This document shows positions 16,316-30,119 of a stretch of 64,000 nucleotides of DNA, one piece after another (the first letter of the stretch is position 1; every line of letters begins with the position of its first letter). The position numbers and the translations under genes are program-made. The notes below the pieces were generated by a model. That model saw nothing but the letters and a program-made list of their open reading frames with translations, searched no databases and was not told the origin of the DNA. The stretch is from the human T2T-CHM13v2.0 reference genome, Homo sapiens: the NCBI RefSeq assembly GCF_009914755.1, contig NC_060945.1. The stretch is one strand, 5' to 3'.

Positions 16316-16357
16316 GTGTATGTGTGTATGTATGTGTGTGTATATATACATACATGT

Positions 16358-16390
<33 letters not shown>
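16316..16390. repeat. (TG)/(TA)n microsatellite abutting an Alu tail
   Basis: Directly visible. Confidence 0.9.
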
Positions 16391-16408
<18 letters not shown>

Positions 16409-16698
16409 TTTTTTTTGAGACAGAGTCTCACTTTGTCACCCAGGCTGGAGTGCAGTGGTGCGACCTTGGTTCACTGTGACAACCTCCTCCTAGGTTCAAG
16501 CGATTCTCAGGCTTCAGCCTCCTGAGTAGCTGGGATTACAGGTGTACGTCACCACACCCAGGTAATTTCTGTACACTTAATAGAGACAGGGTTTCACCAT
16601 GTTGGCCAGGTTGGTCTCGAACTCCTGACCTCAGGTGATCCACCTGCGTCGGCCTCCCAAAGTGCTGGGATTACAGGCATGAGTCACTGCGCCCAGCC
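16391..16698 (-). mobile_element. Alu (AluS-like)
   Basis: Poly-T plus reverse Alu consensus. Confidence 0.93.
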
Positions 16699-17086
16699 TG
16701 AGAATGCATTGATGTATGAGAGTGAGCACTCCACTCACCATTCCCACCAAGTTTATATAAAAAATATGTATTTGGGTTCCAAACATGACACTGTCTAAAG
16801 ATGACAAGAGCTATCAACAAATACTACATGTGAACAGCGCTGAAGATGGTACCCTTCATATTTCCTTTGCACAATAGCTTAGGCCCCCCCATCAAGAGAT
16901 AGATGCTTAAGTAATATATTCCAGACAGGTTTAAATGGAAATTTGCATCCACTGCAAAGGGAGGGCATTTCAGAAATCCATACACAGCAGGAAGCTCGAA
17001 AAACACTTAGGAGACTCTTGTCAAGTCCTGCTCAGGATTAAGCGTCAAGCTTAATGTTTTTCAAAAATTCATTAGCTTCTACTCAC

Positions 17087-17272
17087 CAGGGCATGAAACG
17101 ATGATACCGAAAAGATTCCAAGGCGGCCCATGGCCACTTTCGTTGGTCGACTTGCAAAAGCGAGAAGCCTTTTGGGGTTTGGCAGCTCCCCACCCTGAAG
17201 GCTGGCTAAATAACAGCGGAAACGAAACAGGTCCATTTGGAACTGCTCGAGATTTTGCTCCCAGACAAAGAT
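17087..17272 (-). CDS. TIAM1: TIAM1 coding exon 5 (CC-Ex region); not in the ORF track
   Basis: Manual translation gives [62 protein letters not shown]. Acceptor ccatag|, donor CTG|gtgagt. 186 nt. Confidence 0.96.
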
Positions 17273-17974
17273 CTATGGTAGTGAAAACACGGGAAAAGAA
17301 AAAGTGAGAAAATGGGAAACAAATGCTAATATCTTTATCCTATACAGATCTATATGTCGTAAAGGCATTCATTATAATCCTAAGGAATAAACAACAGGTA
17401 CCTAAGTTTCTTAGTTACTTATGTTTCTTCTGCAAGATCTATAGCCATAAATTCAGCATCATAAATAGAAAGTGACAAGTTCCTCTGTTCCCTCCTATCT
17501 TGGAGTTCGTACTGGGGGCATGATAGGTCTATCAACTCCAAGATCTGGACCACAAACTCTAGACTCCAGAAGTAAAAATGTAGAGATTTCCATCACCAAA
17601 GAACTATATGACTTAACAAGAGGTAGGTTTTCATACAAAGAAAAGTGAGACGAATGAAAGGCTAGAAGCAATGGACCAAGTGCTTTTGGGAAGAGCGGGG
17701 TAGCCCGGAACACAGGGTGGAAGTGGAACACAAGATGGTGGAGACCCAGACTCTGGAATACAAAGTTCCAACTGTAGCATGTCTCTGAGACATTCCCTTA
17801 TTTTTCAAAGTGGCAAAATAATAACTACCTCCTTAGGCTGTTGGGATGTTTGAAAAAGATAATACAAGCATAAGTACAAGGTCTGGCATAGAGTGAAGGT
17901 GCAGTGATGCTGACAATGGTACAGATAATGAGGAATGGTTGAAATCTCCCTTTTTGCTTCAACAAAATATATAT

Positions 17975-18415
17975 CACTGTACACACATGTTCATAGCAGC
18001 ACTGTTTGCAAAAGGTGGAAACAGCTTGAATGTCCATCAAGAAATGGCCAATAAACAAACCATGGTGTATACGTACAACCAGAACCCAGGAGTAAAGTGC
18101 TGATGTATGCTACCATGTGTATCCACCTCCAAAACATGAAGCTCAGGGAAGGAGCCGGACACAAAAGGCCACGTACTGTGCAATTCCATTCATATGAAAT
18201 ATCTAGAATAGGCAAATCCATGAAGACAGAGTGCCGGGGGCAGAGAGGAGCAACTGCTTCACAGGTACAGGGTTACATTTTGGGCCAGATTAACAATTTC
18301 AGGGCTAGATGGGGGAGTGTTTGCACCACATGGTAAACGTACTCGATGTTACTGAATTGTTCGTGTTAAAATGGTTGATTTTACATTGTGTGAATTTTGC
18401 CTCAATTTAAAAAAA
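17975..18415 (+). mobile_element. Old L1 (L1MB/L1MC-like) 3' fragment
   Basis: cacatgttcatagcagcactgttt...ttccattcatatgaaatatctagaataggcaaatcca...gttaaaatggttgattttac are typical L1M 3'UTR motifs. Confidence 0.8.
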
Positions 18416-18729
18416 TACAATGTCAGGTAACAAAGGGAAACCCCAGAGGGAGAGAAATGTGGAAGGCCCATGTCAATTGTTCAATGATTTAAATATCATT
18501 TATTCATGTAATTATTTCCTGAGCATTAGGACAAAGTGTCAAAGCACTACCAGATGGCTATTACTGACAGCTGAATAGCAGGCAAAAATGTGCTTTGTTC
18601 ATTTCACTAAATCTTTTTTCTTTAGCATGAAATATACTTATGCACATATAAAGCAATTATATATCTAGATCTAGATAGATAGATAGATATATCTCTCTCT
18701 ATATATATCTATATATATAGAGAGAGAGC

Positions 18730-18981
18730 TTGCTCTGTTACCCAGGCTGGAGTGCAATGGCACAATCTTGGCCCACCGCACCCTCTGCCTCCCAGGCTCA
18801 GGCGATCCTCTCCTCTCGGCCTCCTGAGACTACAGTTGCGGCTAATTTTTGTATTTTTTTTGTAGAGATAGGGTTTTGCCATGTTGACCAGGCTGGTCTT
18901 GAAATCCTGGGCTCAAGCGAGTATGCCCACCTCAGCCTCCCAAAGTGCTGGGATTACAGGCATGAGCCGCCACACCTGGCC
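18730..18981 (-). mobile_element. Alu (AluJ-like) whose tail has become a (TA/GA) palindromic microsatellite
   Basis: Reverse Alu consensus. Confidence 0.88.
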
Positions 18982-19406
18982 AGATATATATTTTTAATGT
19001 ACGTTACCTTTTCCAAATTAAGAATTCAAAATTTACTGAGGAGTCAGAAATGAGTCCCCACCATAAGAGAACTCCAAGTCAGTCTGATAACATGGGAAAT
19101 GAAATTGCAAACTTTCTAATTACACAGATCCCCTAGAAGAGCACATCATTGATGGGGGCCAGGGCTCCTCTACTGGGTTTCTGTCTTTCATTCAATGTAA
19201 TATTGTTCCGTTTAGCTATTAACAATCAGCTATGAACAAAGGGTGAAGAACACTGACAGTCACAGTAAAGAACTTAGCATCCTGGATGACAGGCTGTCGA
19301 GGAGATATCCGATGATGTTTCACGATTCCAAAACAGCAAAAAAAAAAAAAAACCCTTTTAGAGACCTAACAATTTTGTCCGGACCTAAACACGGAAGAAC
19401 GATTAC

Positions 19407-19631
19407 CTGATCTAATATTGTTTTCTTTTTCTTTGAGTCAGTGACTGAAGACAGCTGCATTTCACCCATTTTCTTCATCTTTTCATCCATGTCAATCTTC
19501 TGTTCCAGTTTTTTGATCTCTGATTTCAGGAGTCGGAGCGTGTCTTCCTTGTGGTGGTGCCTCGCGACCGCAGTGGCGCAGGCAGAGTGGATGGCGGTGA
19601 TCCAGTTTTCAAGCTCCGTCTGGCTAGTGGT
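19407..19631 (-). CDS. TIAM1: TIAM1 coding exon 4 (end of PH domain and coiled coil)
   Basis: Translates TTSQTELENWITAIHSACATAVARHHHKEDTLRLLKSEIKKLEQKIDMDEKMKKMGEMQLSSVTDSKKKKTILDQ. Acceptor gtacag|, donor CAG|gtaatc. 225 nt. Confidence 0.97.
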
Positions 19632-20476
19632 CTGTACCAGGAAGAAGGGGCAGGAAGAAAAAGGCACCTCTTAGGAACTTAAGAGAAATGAACCGGAGCA
19701 TTTCCAGAGAAGCAATGCCTGGGAGTCGAGGTGACAGGTCTAGACACCCATGGATAAGAATAACCTGACCTCCTCTTTCTTCAGGAAATCAGTAACAAAA
19801 AGTGAGTCTCAGGTCAGATGCCCACTCTCCCCTCCTCCCTTTCAAGGGCTGTCCTGAATGAAGCCACCATGTCTGCTCACTCAATGTACTTACTGAACTC
19901 ACTTGTGAAAGTGATACTCCTAACACACAACTTGGTGTCTACTCACGAGGGTTGCTGTGAAGCAAAGGTCAGTTTCCAGATAGGATCGGTCAGTTATAGG
20001 ACATGAGTGGGACTGAGGGACATTACTGACATAGGAAGCTACAACAGCCCTGCCCCTCGTGAACCACTGCAACCCAAATCCAAAGGTCCTATTCCTGGTG
20101 CTAAGCAGCAAGACAGAACTAGGGTTGGGGAAGTGGTCAGGTAGCCAGAAGAAATACCGTCTTTGGGGACTCTATGGAACCCTCTAAGAATTGCAGCCGC
20201 CCAACAACACTCCATGTGCTAAAAGTGGCCTGTTTGAGAAGGGCATTAAGAAAATGGTGAGCGACACCCACCAATGGTGACCTGCATGGGATTGGTGTGA
20301 CTCGGTGTTCTGAAAGGCAAAAGTCAGAATAGTTTTCAAGAGACAGCACATGTGATAACTCGCTATTAATGATTCTTTAGGAATTCAATCAATGAGTTTT
20401 TACAAGTGAGGAGATACTGGACTTTTCCAGATACTCTCTTAAGCCCAGAGAGGTGAAACAAATGCTCAGAAGTTAG

Positions 20477-20937
<461 letters not shown>

Positions 20938-21575
20938 ACTTGTAAACAACATTCTATTAACAGGAACCCACCAGCACATGACACTGTGCTGGCTGGCAGC
21001 TGGAATTTAAGTCAAGATAGTACTTTATCTTTATTATTTCTGAATCTGATCAGTTTTGTATTCCACAGAAGAAACAGCATCAAATATTAAAAATGGTGTC
21101 AGCCAACAAAGTCACCTCCCACTGGGCAAACCTAACTGGTCCAGCAGTTGTTATGTGGATAACAAATATTTTGCCTGTGGATAAACATTTCAATATGCTA
21201 GACAATCTGAAGAAGAAACAGCAGAAGTACCACCTGATAAAGCAAATGGAATCACTTTGTAAAGACTGAGTGGGAGGAGGAGAGGCGATAAAGAAACCGG
21301 AAGCCACAGGTGAGGACTTGTAGATTGAGAAACTTAGGAGGAAAAATGCATGTCTATTTATGAGATTAAATTTGCTTCACTTTATTTTATAGTTGTCTCC
21401 TCTTTGCAGGTCATTATCTTATAGTTTGTCCTTACATATCATCCTGAAGTTCCACCAGAAAAAGAGAGGCTCTCCTGCATCTAATGAGAGCACCAAGCTT
21501 GCTCCTGCTGATGTACTGTACAAAGCTTGATCATTGGATCTCCCAGTGCCTCACAATAAATGGGTATCTCGTTAG

Positions 21576-21891
<316 letters not shown>

Positions 21892-21934
21892 TCCTTTTTT
21901 TAAAAAAAAAAAAAAAAAAAGGAAGGAAAAAAAG

Positions 21935-23015
21935 AATCCAAGATGAAAATACCCAGTGTTGGCAAAGATATGGAGTAACCAGAACTCCTATGCACTGCTG
22001 GCCACTGGCTGGAAAGTAAACTTGTACAACTGCTTTAGAAAGCTGTTGGATATTACCTACTAAAGTTGAATATATGCATACCCTGTGACCCAGAAAATGC
22101 ACTCTGGGTACACACTCAAGAGAAATGCACTCATATGCACACGAAAATATACACACAAGAACATGCCCAGCAGCAAATCATGGGTGAAACTGGACACCAT
22201 CCAGGTGCCACCAATAGGGGAATGGATGAATATGTGGGATAATCACACAATGAAATACTATACAGCAAGAATGAAGGACCTATAACTATAGATTAACACA
22301 TATAAACTGGGCACACATCTTGTTGGGGAAGGAATCAGATGCACTGCAGTATATACTGTAGGATTCTATTTATATAAAGTATTGTATTAGTCCATTCTCA
22401 TGCTGCTAACAAAGACATATCCAAGACTGGGTAATTTATAAAGGAAAGAAGTTTAATTGACTCACAGTTCAGCATGGCTGAGGAGGCCTCAGGAAACGTA
22501 CAATCATGGCAGAAAGGGAAGCAAACACGTCCTTCTTCTCACGGTGGCAGCGAGGAGAAGTGCAGAACAAAGCAGGGGGGAAAGCCCCTTATAAAACCAT
22601 CAGATCTAGTGAGAACTCACTCACTTTCACAAGAACAGTATGGAGGTAACCGCCCCCATGATTCAATTACCTTCCAATGGGTCCCTCCCACGACAAGTGG
22701 GGATTATGGGAACTACAATTCAAGATGAGATTTGGGTGGGGGCACAGCCAAACCATATCAAGTATCAACACAGATAAACTAATATACAGTATTAGAAGTT
22801 GAGAGGGCAGGTTTTTTTGGTGGGATGAGATGCAATGGGTAGAATCTGGTAAGAAGCACAGTAAGGTTTCTGGAGTGCTGGCCACCTTCTGTTTCTTCAT
22901 CTGGGTGCTAGTTACATGGTGCTGGGTGCTGGTGTATGACAGGGGTGTGTTCAGTTTGTTAAACACCATCAAAATGTGCCTTTTCTGTGTATACGTTAAA
23001 CTATCATAGAAAGTT
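21935..23015 (+). mobile_element. Old L1 (L1ME/MC-like) 3' region interrupted by a THE1 LTR
   Basis: cagtgttggcaaagatatggagtaaccagaactc...aacttgtacaactgctttagaaa...caatgaaatactatacagcaagaatgaa are L1M motifs. Confidence 0.78.
22383..22760 (-). mobile_element. THE1/MST-type MaLR solo LTR with 5-bp TSD AGTAT
   Basis: The minus strand begins TGATATGGTTTGGCTGTG and ends CTAATACA. AGTAT occurs at 22378-22382 and 22761-22765. Confidence 0.93.
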
Positions 23016-23287
23016 TCAAAGAACATCCTTCCAAGGTATATTATCCTAATATTTGAGTATAATTTTTCTATAACTATGCTAAAAATATGATACCTCATAT
23101 TCCGGTTTTCATTAAAAACTGTCCTTACAAAACTACAAAGGAAGTTCCAAAAAGCTTCACCCTTCTCCACCATTTATTTCTTTGTCCTCCCAAGTGCCTG
23201 GTAGTACCTGATAAAAAGCTGGTTCCTTGACCCGAAACATGCTTTCCATTTTGTTTGTATCGCTCAGTGGAAATGAGGAGCTTTTAG

Positions 23288-23635
<348 letters not shown>

Positions 23636-24197
23636 TAATGTGTGGGCATCCAGATGCAATCCCTGCAGAGGCGCACGCAGCACTAAGGAGAGGCTATGGT
23701 TCCTGCACAAACACCTGGCAGGTGGAAGCTCAGGGGCGGTCCACATCCATATCTTCAAGGCAAACCTCTCTCATCTCTGCCTCAGTTAGAACCTCCCAGC
23801 CCCTACCCTCACCCCCTAACTCACAGAGTAAGAAAAGGAAATACCTACAACCCTGACATAATACCTGAGTAATGGATAGAAAGATCTGAAATTTCTGACA
23901 GCAAGCTCGGCTGAATATATGTTATGAACTTAAGAATTTAAATAAAAATATTTATCCAGAAGGGACTCAGATGACCATTTTTCACAGATGGAGGAAAAAA
24001 GCCCAGAAAAATTAGGAAGAACACAGTCATTTATTATAAATCCCAATCTCCACCAACCCTGTTCTTAAAAAAAAAAAAAGTTTTGGTTCTGTTTTTTCCT
24101 TGTTTAATATGACATACTGATCCTGACCCCCAGCTCTTGTTAATTGCTCTGAAAGCCAGGCTGCAGAGTCACAAGCATTACCCATTCGATAATTATT

Positions 24198-24611
24198 ATT
24201 TTTTAGACAGAATCTCACTCTGTTGCCCAGGCTGGAGTGCCTGGGCATGATCTCAGCTCACTGCCACCTCCGCCTCCTGGGTTCAAGTGGTTCTCCTGCC
24301 TCAGCCTCCCTAGTCCCTAGCTGGGACTACAGGCTACTAGGGAGCCACACACCCAGCTAGTTTTTTGTATTTTTAGTAGAGACAGGGTTTCACCATGTTG
24401 GCCAGTCTGGTCTTGAACTCCTGACCTCAAGTGATCCGCCAGCCTCAGCCTCCCAAAGTGCTGGGATTACAGGCGTACACCACCAAGCCCAGGTAATTTT
24501 TGTATTTTTAGTAGAGAGGGGTTTCACCGTGTTGGCCAGGGTGGTCCTAAACTCCCGACCTCAGATGATCACCCTGCCTCGGCCTCCCAAAGTGCTGGGA
24601 TTACAGGCATG
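24198..24611 (-). mobile_element. Trimeric Alu (one right arm, two left arms)
   Basis: The left-arm block tttttgtatttttagtagaga...caaagtgctgggattacaggc occurs twice in tandem. Confidence 0.88.
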
Positions 24612-24639
24612 ACCATTCAATATTTTGAGCTCTTCTCAT

Positions 24640-24960
24640 TCTAGGAATATGGGAGAATAGAACTTTCTGGCCCCCTCTGAAGCCAGGCATGGCCATGGCA
24701 CTTGGCTTTGGCCAGTAAAATGTGAGTAGAAGTGACATCACTGCTCAACAAAAGCCTGATTCGCCCCATTCTTGCCCCGTTGCCACGGTCACAGAAGCAC
24801 TGTGTCAAGATAGAGCTTCTGTCTGCCTGGATCCATAAGAGTCTAGGATGAGTACGGCTCTGGAGCCAGCCTCGATCATGCCAGGAAGGAGAAAGCATGT
24901 TAAGCCGCTGAGATTTAAGTGCTCCTTTCTTCAGCCTAATTCTATCCATCCTGACTGATC
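24640..24960 (+). mobile_element. MLT1 (MaLR) LTR fragment
   Basis: ggcatggccatggcacttggctttggccagtaaaatgtgagtagaagtgacat resembles MLT1I/J-type LTRs. Confidence 0.7.
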
Positions 24961-25299
24961 TACCAGCAAAGTAAGAATTCCACTGCAAAACAGGGGATGC
25001 CTCAAACATAACGGAGTCTGTGTAGTGCACTTGGAACCCCAAGAAAGACCATAATCTGATATGTTCTGTGGAACTGCAGCCTTTTGCTCTCCTTATTTAA
25101 TGAAAGTGGGTCTTCTTTCCCCTGTGAGGACCCCAGCCCAATTCAGCCAATAGCAACACAATCCATTCTGATGTCAGAGAGTTCACGTTTGTCTTCCACG
25201 TAAGAAGGAAAAACGAAGGAAGCTGACCAAAGTTAAACACCCTTTGAATGGTATATATTTAATTTCGGCAAAGCAGCTATCCTGGAACTTATAAAGAAA

Positions 25300-25815
25300 G
25301 ACAGTGGTTGCTAGGGGCCGGAGTGAAGGGGATATGGAATGTTGTTATGTAATGGGGACCGCATTTAAGCTTTGCATGATGAAAAAGAGTTATGGGCCAG
25401 GCGGAATGGTTCATGCCTGTAGTCCCAGCACTTTGGGAGGCCAAGGTGGGCGAATCACTTCAGGCCAGGAGTTCGAGACCAGCCTGAGCATGGTGAAACC
25501 CCGTCTCTACTAACAATACAAAAATTAGCTGGGCATGGTGGCACATGCCTGTAGTCCTAGCTACTCGGGAGGCTGAGGCACAAAATCGCTTGAACCCGGG
25601 AGGCGGAGGTTGTAGTGAGCTGAGATTATGCCACAGTACTCTACCCTGGGCAACAGAGAGAAACTCCATCTCACAAAAAAAAAAAGTTCTGGCGATGAAT
25701 AATGGTGATAGTTGCACAACAGGGTAAATGTACTTAACGTCACTCAACTGTCCACTTAAAAATGCCTAGATGGTAAATTTTATGTGTGGTGTACCTCAAT
25801 TTAAAAGAAAAAATA
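25300..25815 (+). mobile_element. L1MB-like 3' fragment interrupted by an Alu (25395-25685)
   Basis: L1M 3'UTR motifs (gttctgg...ggtgatagttgcacaac...ttaaaaatg...taaattttatg) surround a full Alu. Confidence 0.8.
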
Positions 25816-27086
25816 ATTATAAAATAAAAAAAGCATAACAATCCCCAAAACCTAGAGAAGCATATATAGAAATGTGTGATGACAGCTGCATGAAACATTT
25901 AGCCATCAGCCCTTTTAACTATTAAGTATGCCTCAGCCCCCCAAACTTTTTAAAAACCTGTCAATGGCTGAAGGCAGTTCCATTAGAGAGAACTTTTGCT
26001 CCCACTGTCTTGTCTAAATAAAGCAACAGTCCCTACCATTCTCTATCATGAAGCCAAATCAATTTCTCAGAAGGACAATTCAATAAATGAGCTTTTCTGC
26101 AGTTTGTCCCTTTGCAGTGGCACACAGGGAGCTATGTGTCCACAAGAGGAGACGAACTCTCCACTGACTGCTTTCAAAAGCTAGTTGGGTGGAGAAAAAG
26201 TCTTGCAACATTTCATGACCATTTACTGGCTTAACACCTCAACTGCTCACAGTGGACTCCTGACCTGACACAATGTTGTTCCTCAAGGTCTCTCCAGGAT
26301 TTAAATTCTGACATGCTAGAAAAAGCCATCCGAAGCCACTAACCTTGCCTCCCCTTCTTGAACCGGGCAAGGTTAGTTAGGGACATCAGATTCATGATGG
26401 GTCCCTTCGTCAGAATTCAGAGGCCAAGAAGGCAGGAAGGAGAGACCACCCAATGGTGCCCTCTCAACTTGTTAACCACAAATCACCTTCCATTAAACAA
26501 ACAGCAGCAGACAGGTAAAGAGAGAGGGAATTCTGTGATTCTTCCTTTGCCTTCTGGAGATGCTATAAATACTGTATACAGTTCGGTGAAGGGAATAAGC
26601 AAAGTTCTTGCCAACAGACAAATATAATCAGCAAAAAAATGCATTTTGCATAACAGCCCCTTTGAGTGCAGAGATAAGATGAAGCTCAGGACTTCATTAT
26701 GTATTTAAATAGATCCAGCTTCAACTATCCAATGGCATGGAGGACACTTGGTGATTTCAGATAATCAATGGTTTACGTAAGTGGCAGGAAAAGGGAAATT
26801 CATTTTAAACACGAGAAATACTAGGGAATATATGCCAAATCTAGGAAACTAAAATTTGAGATAATTCAAGTTTATAGAAGCACAAGAATAATTGTAAAGT
26901 AGGTCAAACGCTTTCATTTTAAAAGAAAAAAAAAGAAAGTTACCATTTTTTAAGAGGCTAGATAGGAATAAAGCTCCAGTGTGAATTCTGAAAAGGCTTT
27001 TTTCTTGTTGATTCTATACTCATCATATTTTGTTTACATAAGACTTATTTAAGCTATTATTTTTAATATCTGTAAAGAGAACTTAA

Positions 27087-27373
<287 letters not shown>

Positions 27374-27969
27374 GACAACTTTAAATTTGAGGTTTCCCTC
27401 CCCCACTGAAAATGGTGATATAATGGATCCCTCTCACCCTCACCCACGCCGGGTTCATTCTTTGGAGAAGAAAGGAAGCTCTGGACTCCAGGAAGACAGA
27501 CACAAGGAAAACAGGGACCGTGCGCTGCAAAGAGGCGAACAGATGGCAGCCTGCCTGAGGAAGGGCAGTGGCAGGATTCATCTCTGGCAAAGCTCAGTCG
27601 CCTCCAAGAAAAGACTCACAAATAATCGTCAACCGGAGTCTCTCCACAAGGCCGCTTACTGTCTGTCCATGCTATGAAAGGTCCCAGTACTTCTAATGTG
27701 CACAGATGATATAAGCAGCTTTTTCATATCTCACATGTAAATATGACCAGTCAAGGATCACCAGACATTTGCTGAAAGCCCCCAGCATGAAAGGCAGAGA
27801 CTAAAGCACACAGGAGAAAATGTACTAGGAGAAAGGAGAAGCCATGCCTGAAACAGAGAAAGCTTCCCTAAAATCTACACAACCCTTGGAGATGCAAGGG
27901 AATCTAAAACTATAAACAAGTGAACAAAAAGTACAGGTTACAATAAAAAGGAACAATGAGATTGAAAAG

Positions 27970-28080
27970 AGAGCAGGAGAGGGGAAGGGAGGGAGGGAAG
28001 GAGGAAGGGAGAGAGGAGGTGGGGAAGGAAGGAAGGAAGGAAGGGAGGGAGGGAGGGATGAAGGGAAGGTGGGAGAGAAA
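27970..28080 (+). repeat. (GGAA/GGGA)n purine-rich low-complexity tract
   Basis: Directly visible. Confidence 0.9.
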
Positions 28081-28161
28081 GCTTCTTTTAGGAATTAAAA
28101 AAAAATAACCAAAATTAAAATGTCAATAGAAGGAAATCACTATGAAGGATCAGAACACCAG

Positions 28162-28460
28162 CAAGGTGCAGTGGCTTAAACCTGTAATCTCAGCACTTCG
28201 GGAGGCTGAGGCAGGTGGATCACTTGACCCCAGGAGTTCAAGACCAGCCTAGGCAACATGGCAAAACCCCGTCTCTACAAAAACCACAAAAATTAGCAAA
28301 GCATGGTGGTGTGCACCTGTCATCCCAGATATTCGAGAGGCTGAGGTGGGAGAACCACCTGAGCCTTGGGAGGCTGAGGCTGCAATCAGCCATGATTATA
28401 CCACTGCACTCCAGCCTGGGCGACAGAGTGAGACCCTGTCTCCAAAAAAAAGAGAAGAAA
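28162..28460 (+). mobile_element. Alu (AluJ-like)
   Basis: Alu consensus. Confidence 0.9.
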
Positions 28461-28462
28461 TT

Positions 28463-28492
28463 GTGCTTGCTTTGGCAGCATATATACTAAAA
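28463..28492 (+). pseudogene. 3'-truncated U6 snRNA retropseudogene fragment (U6 nt 1-30)
   Basis: GTGCTTGCTTTGGCAGCATATATACTAAAA against U6 GTGCTCGCTTCGGCAGCACATATACTAAAA gives 27/30 identity. All differences are C>T, two of them at CpGs. Confidence 0.88.
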
Positions 28493-30119
28493 AAGGATCA
28501 GAACACCAGTGATAAGGAAATGATGCTAAAGAGAAAAAAAGAAAATAAAACACAAACATGCTAATCAGAAATGGGAACATAATCAGAAAATAATTAAACC
28601 AAGGGGAAATGATCTCCAAGCCAAAATTCCAAATTACTCAAATATTATGCAAGTAAAAGGTAGAATGAAGACATTTTTAAATGTGCATCATTTTATAAGA
28701 AGTTACTCCAGGTTATTTTCATGAAAACGAAGCAGCTGGTAATTCTACAGAGGCTGTTGTACATGAGGCCCGGAGAGCAGCCATATGGGAGCAGGACAAT
28801 GTGCCAGGGGAGGGCAGGCTTCAAAGGAAAACATCAATGATGAACAAGCTAACATGCTGGAGATTTAGAAAATATCACTGCCACATAACCAGGAAAATAA
28901 GCAATATGAGCCTTCCTCCCAAAAAAAGGGGGCAGTCATTAACTACAGAAAAAAAAATTAAGAAATTATTACAGAAAAGAAATAAGATCACAGTACACTA
29001 CTTGACTCAGCAGCCAATACTATTTATATGGTCATAACAATGTAATAACACTGATTAGTGCTTTAATCCTAAATGTTCATATACCTATATGGGAAGATGA
29101 GGAAAGAAGAATTTATAGCTAACACAGCTAAATGTTCATCTATCATAATAGAAAGTCAGTAGTATCTAAAATCCATTAGAAACAGCAGTATAAACATGTT
29201 AATGAGGGCAAATACAAGAAAACAAAAACATCAGCTAAAGTAGTTTTGTATCGTTGCTTCTAGGGAATAAGCCTCATGAGGCGAAGAGGGCAAAAGGAGG
29301 AAAATAATTTCACTTTAAGCCTTTTAATGTTAGCTGAATTCTTTTAAACTATGCTGATATTGATTTAATACAAATTTAAACTAATGTAAGAAAAGGAAGA
29401 ATACAGTTAGTAACATAATTTGCATGATACATAACAGTATAGAAATTGTATAGGAAGATCTAGCTCAACCACAATTATACCTCTGCAGTGTGGGGAAACC
29501 TCTGAGGCACCCACAAGAAGGCATAAAATCTAGCTGATTTCCAGCCTTGTATATTCATTTTGCACTTCAACATCCACATTCTCCATTAATAGTCTCCTAA
29601 GAGGTAGGCAAGTGGGGCCCCTGCCAGGGCTCTGCACCTCAGGAGGTCCCATAGTTTGGAGGGCTTTTCTTGAAATTTTCCAAGTCTCCCTCTGTCTCCT
29701 GGAAAGGGGAGGTTTCAGGAGGTTTCTCCCCTTCAGGGAGCTCTCTCACCCTGTACCAGCTATTCAGTGTCAAAAAGATGCCCGAAGCTCTTGAACTTGA
29801 GTCTGTGGCTAGTGAGTCGCACCCACCAGACCGTGTGGTATTTCTTTCACCAGATTGCTTGAGATTGGGCCACCAGAATGGTGCTGACAGTTGATCCGGA
29901 GTGAGCCAAATTCTTTATATAGATAAAGCCTCCATAAAAAAATATTTGCCTGGGGCTCCACATATCCTAGAGTTGGCCCTTCACAACTAATCCATGCCAA
30001 AATCAAAGGTAAATATTTCTACAGTGGCTGGCTAGGGGCAGGGATATAATCTACGGTGTGGGGAAAACAGGACTTAGCTACAGACTAAGTCAACACGGAA
30101 ACCAACAAAGAGAATGAAG

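Larger units (their letters stand above)
27700..29400 (+). mobile_element. HAL1-like ancient LINE remnant, interrupted by a purine repeat and an Alu/U6 insertion
   Basis: caaggatcaccagacatttgctgaaagccccc and the A-rich plus strand resemble HAL1; boundaries approximate. Confidence 0.55.
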
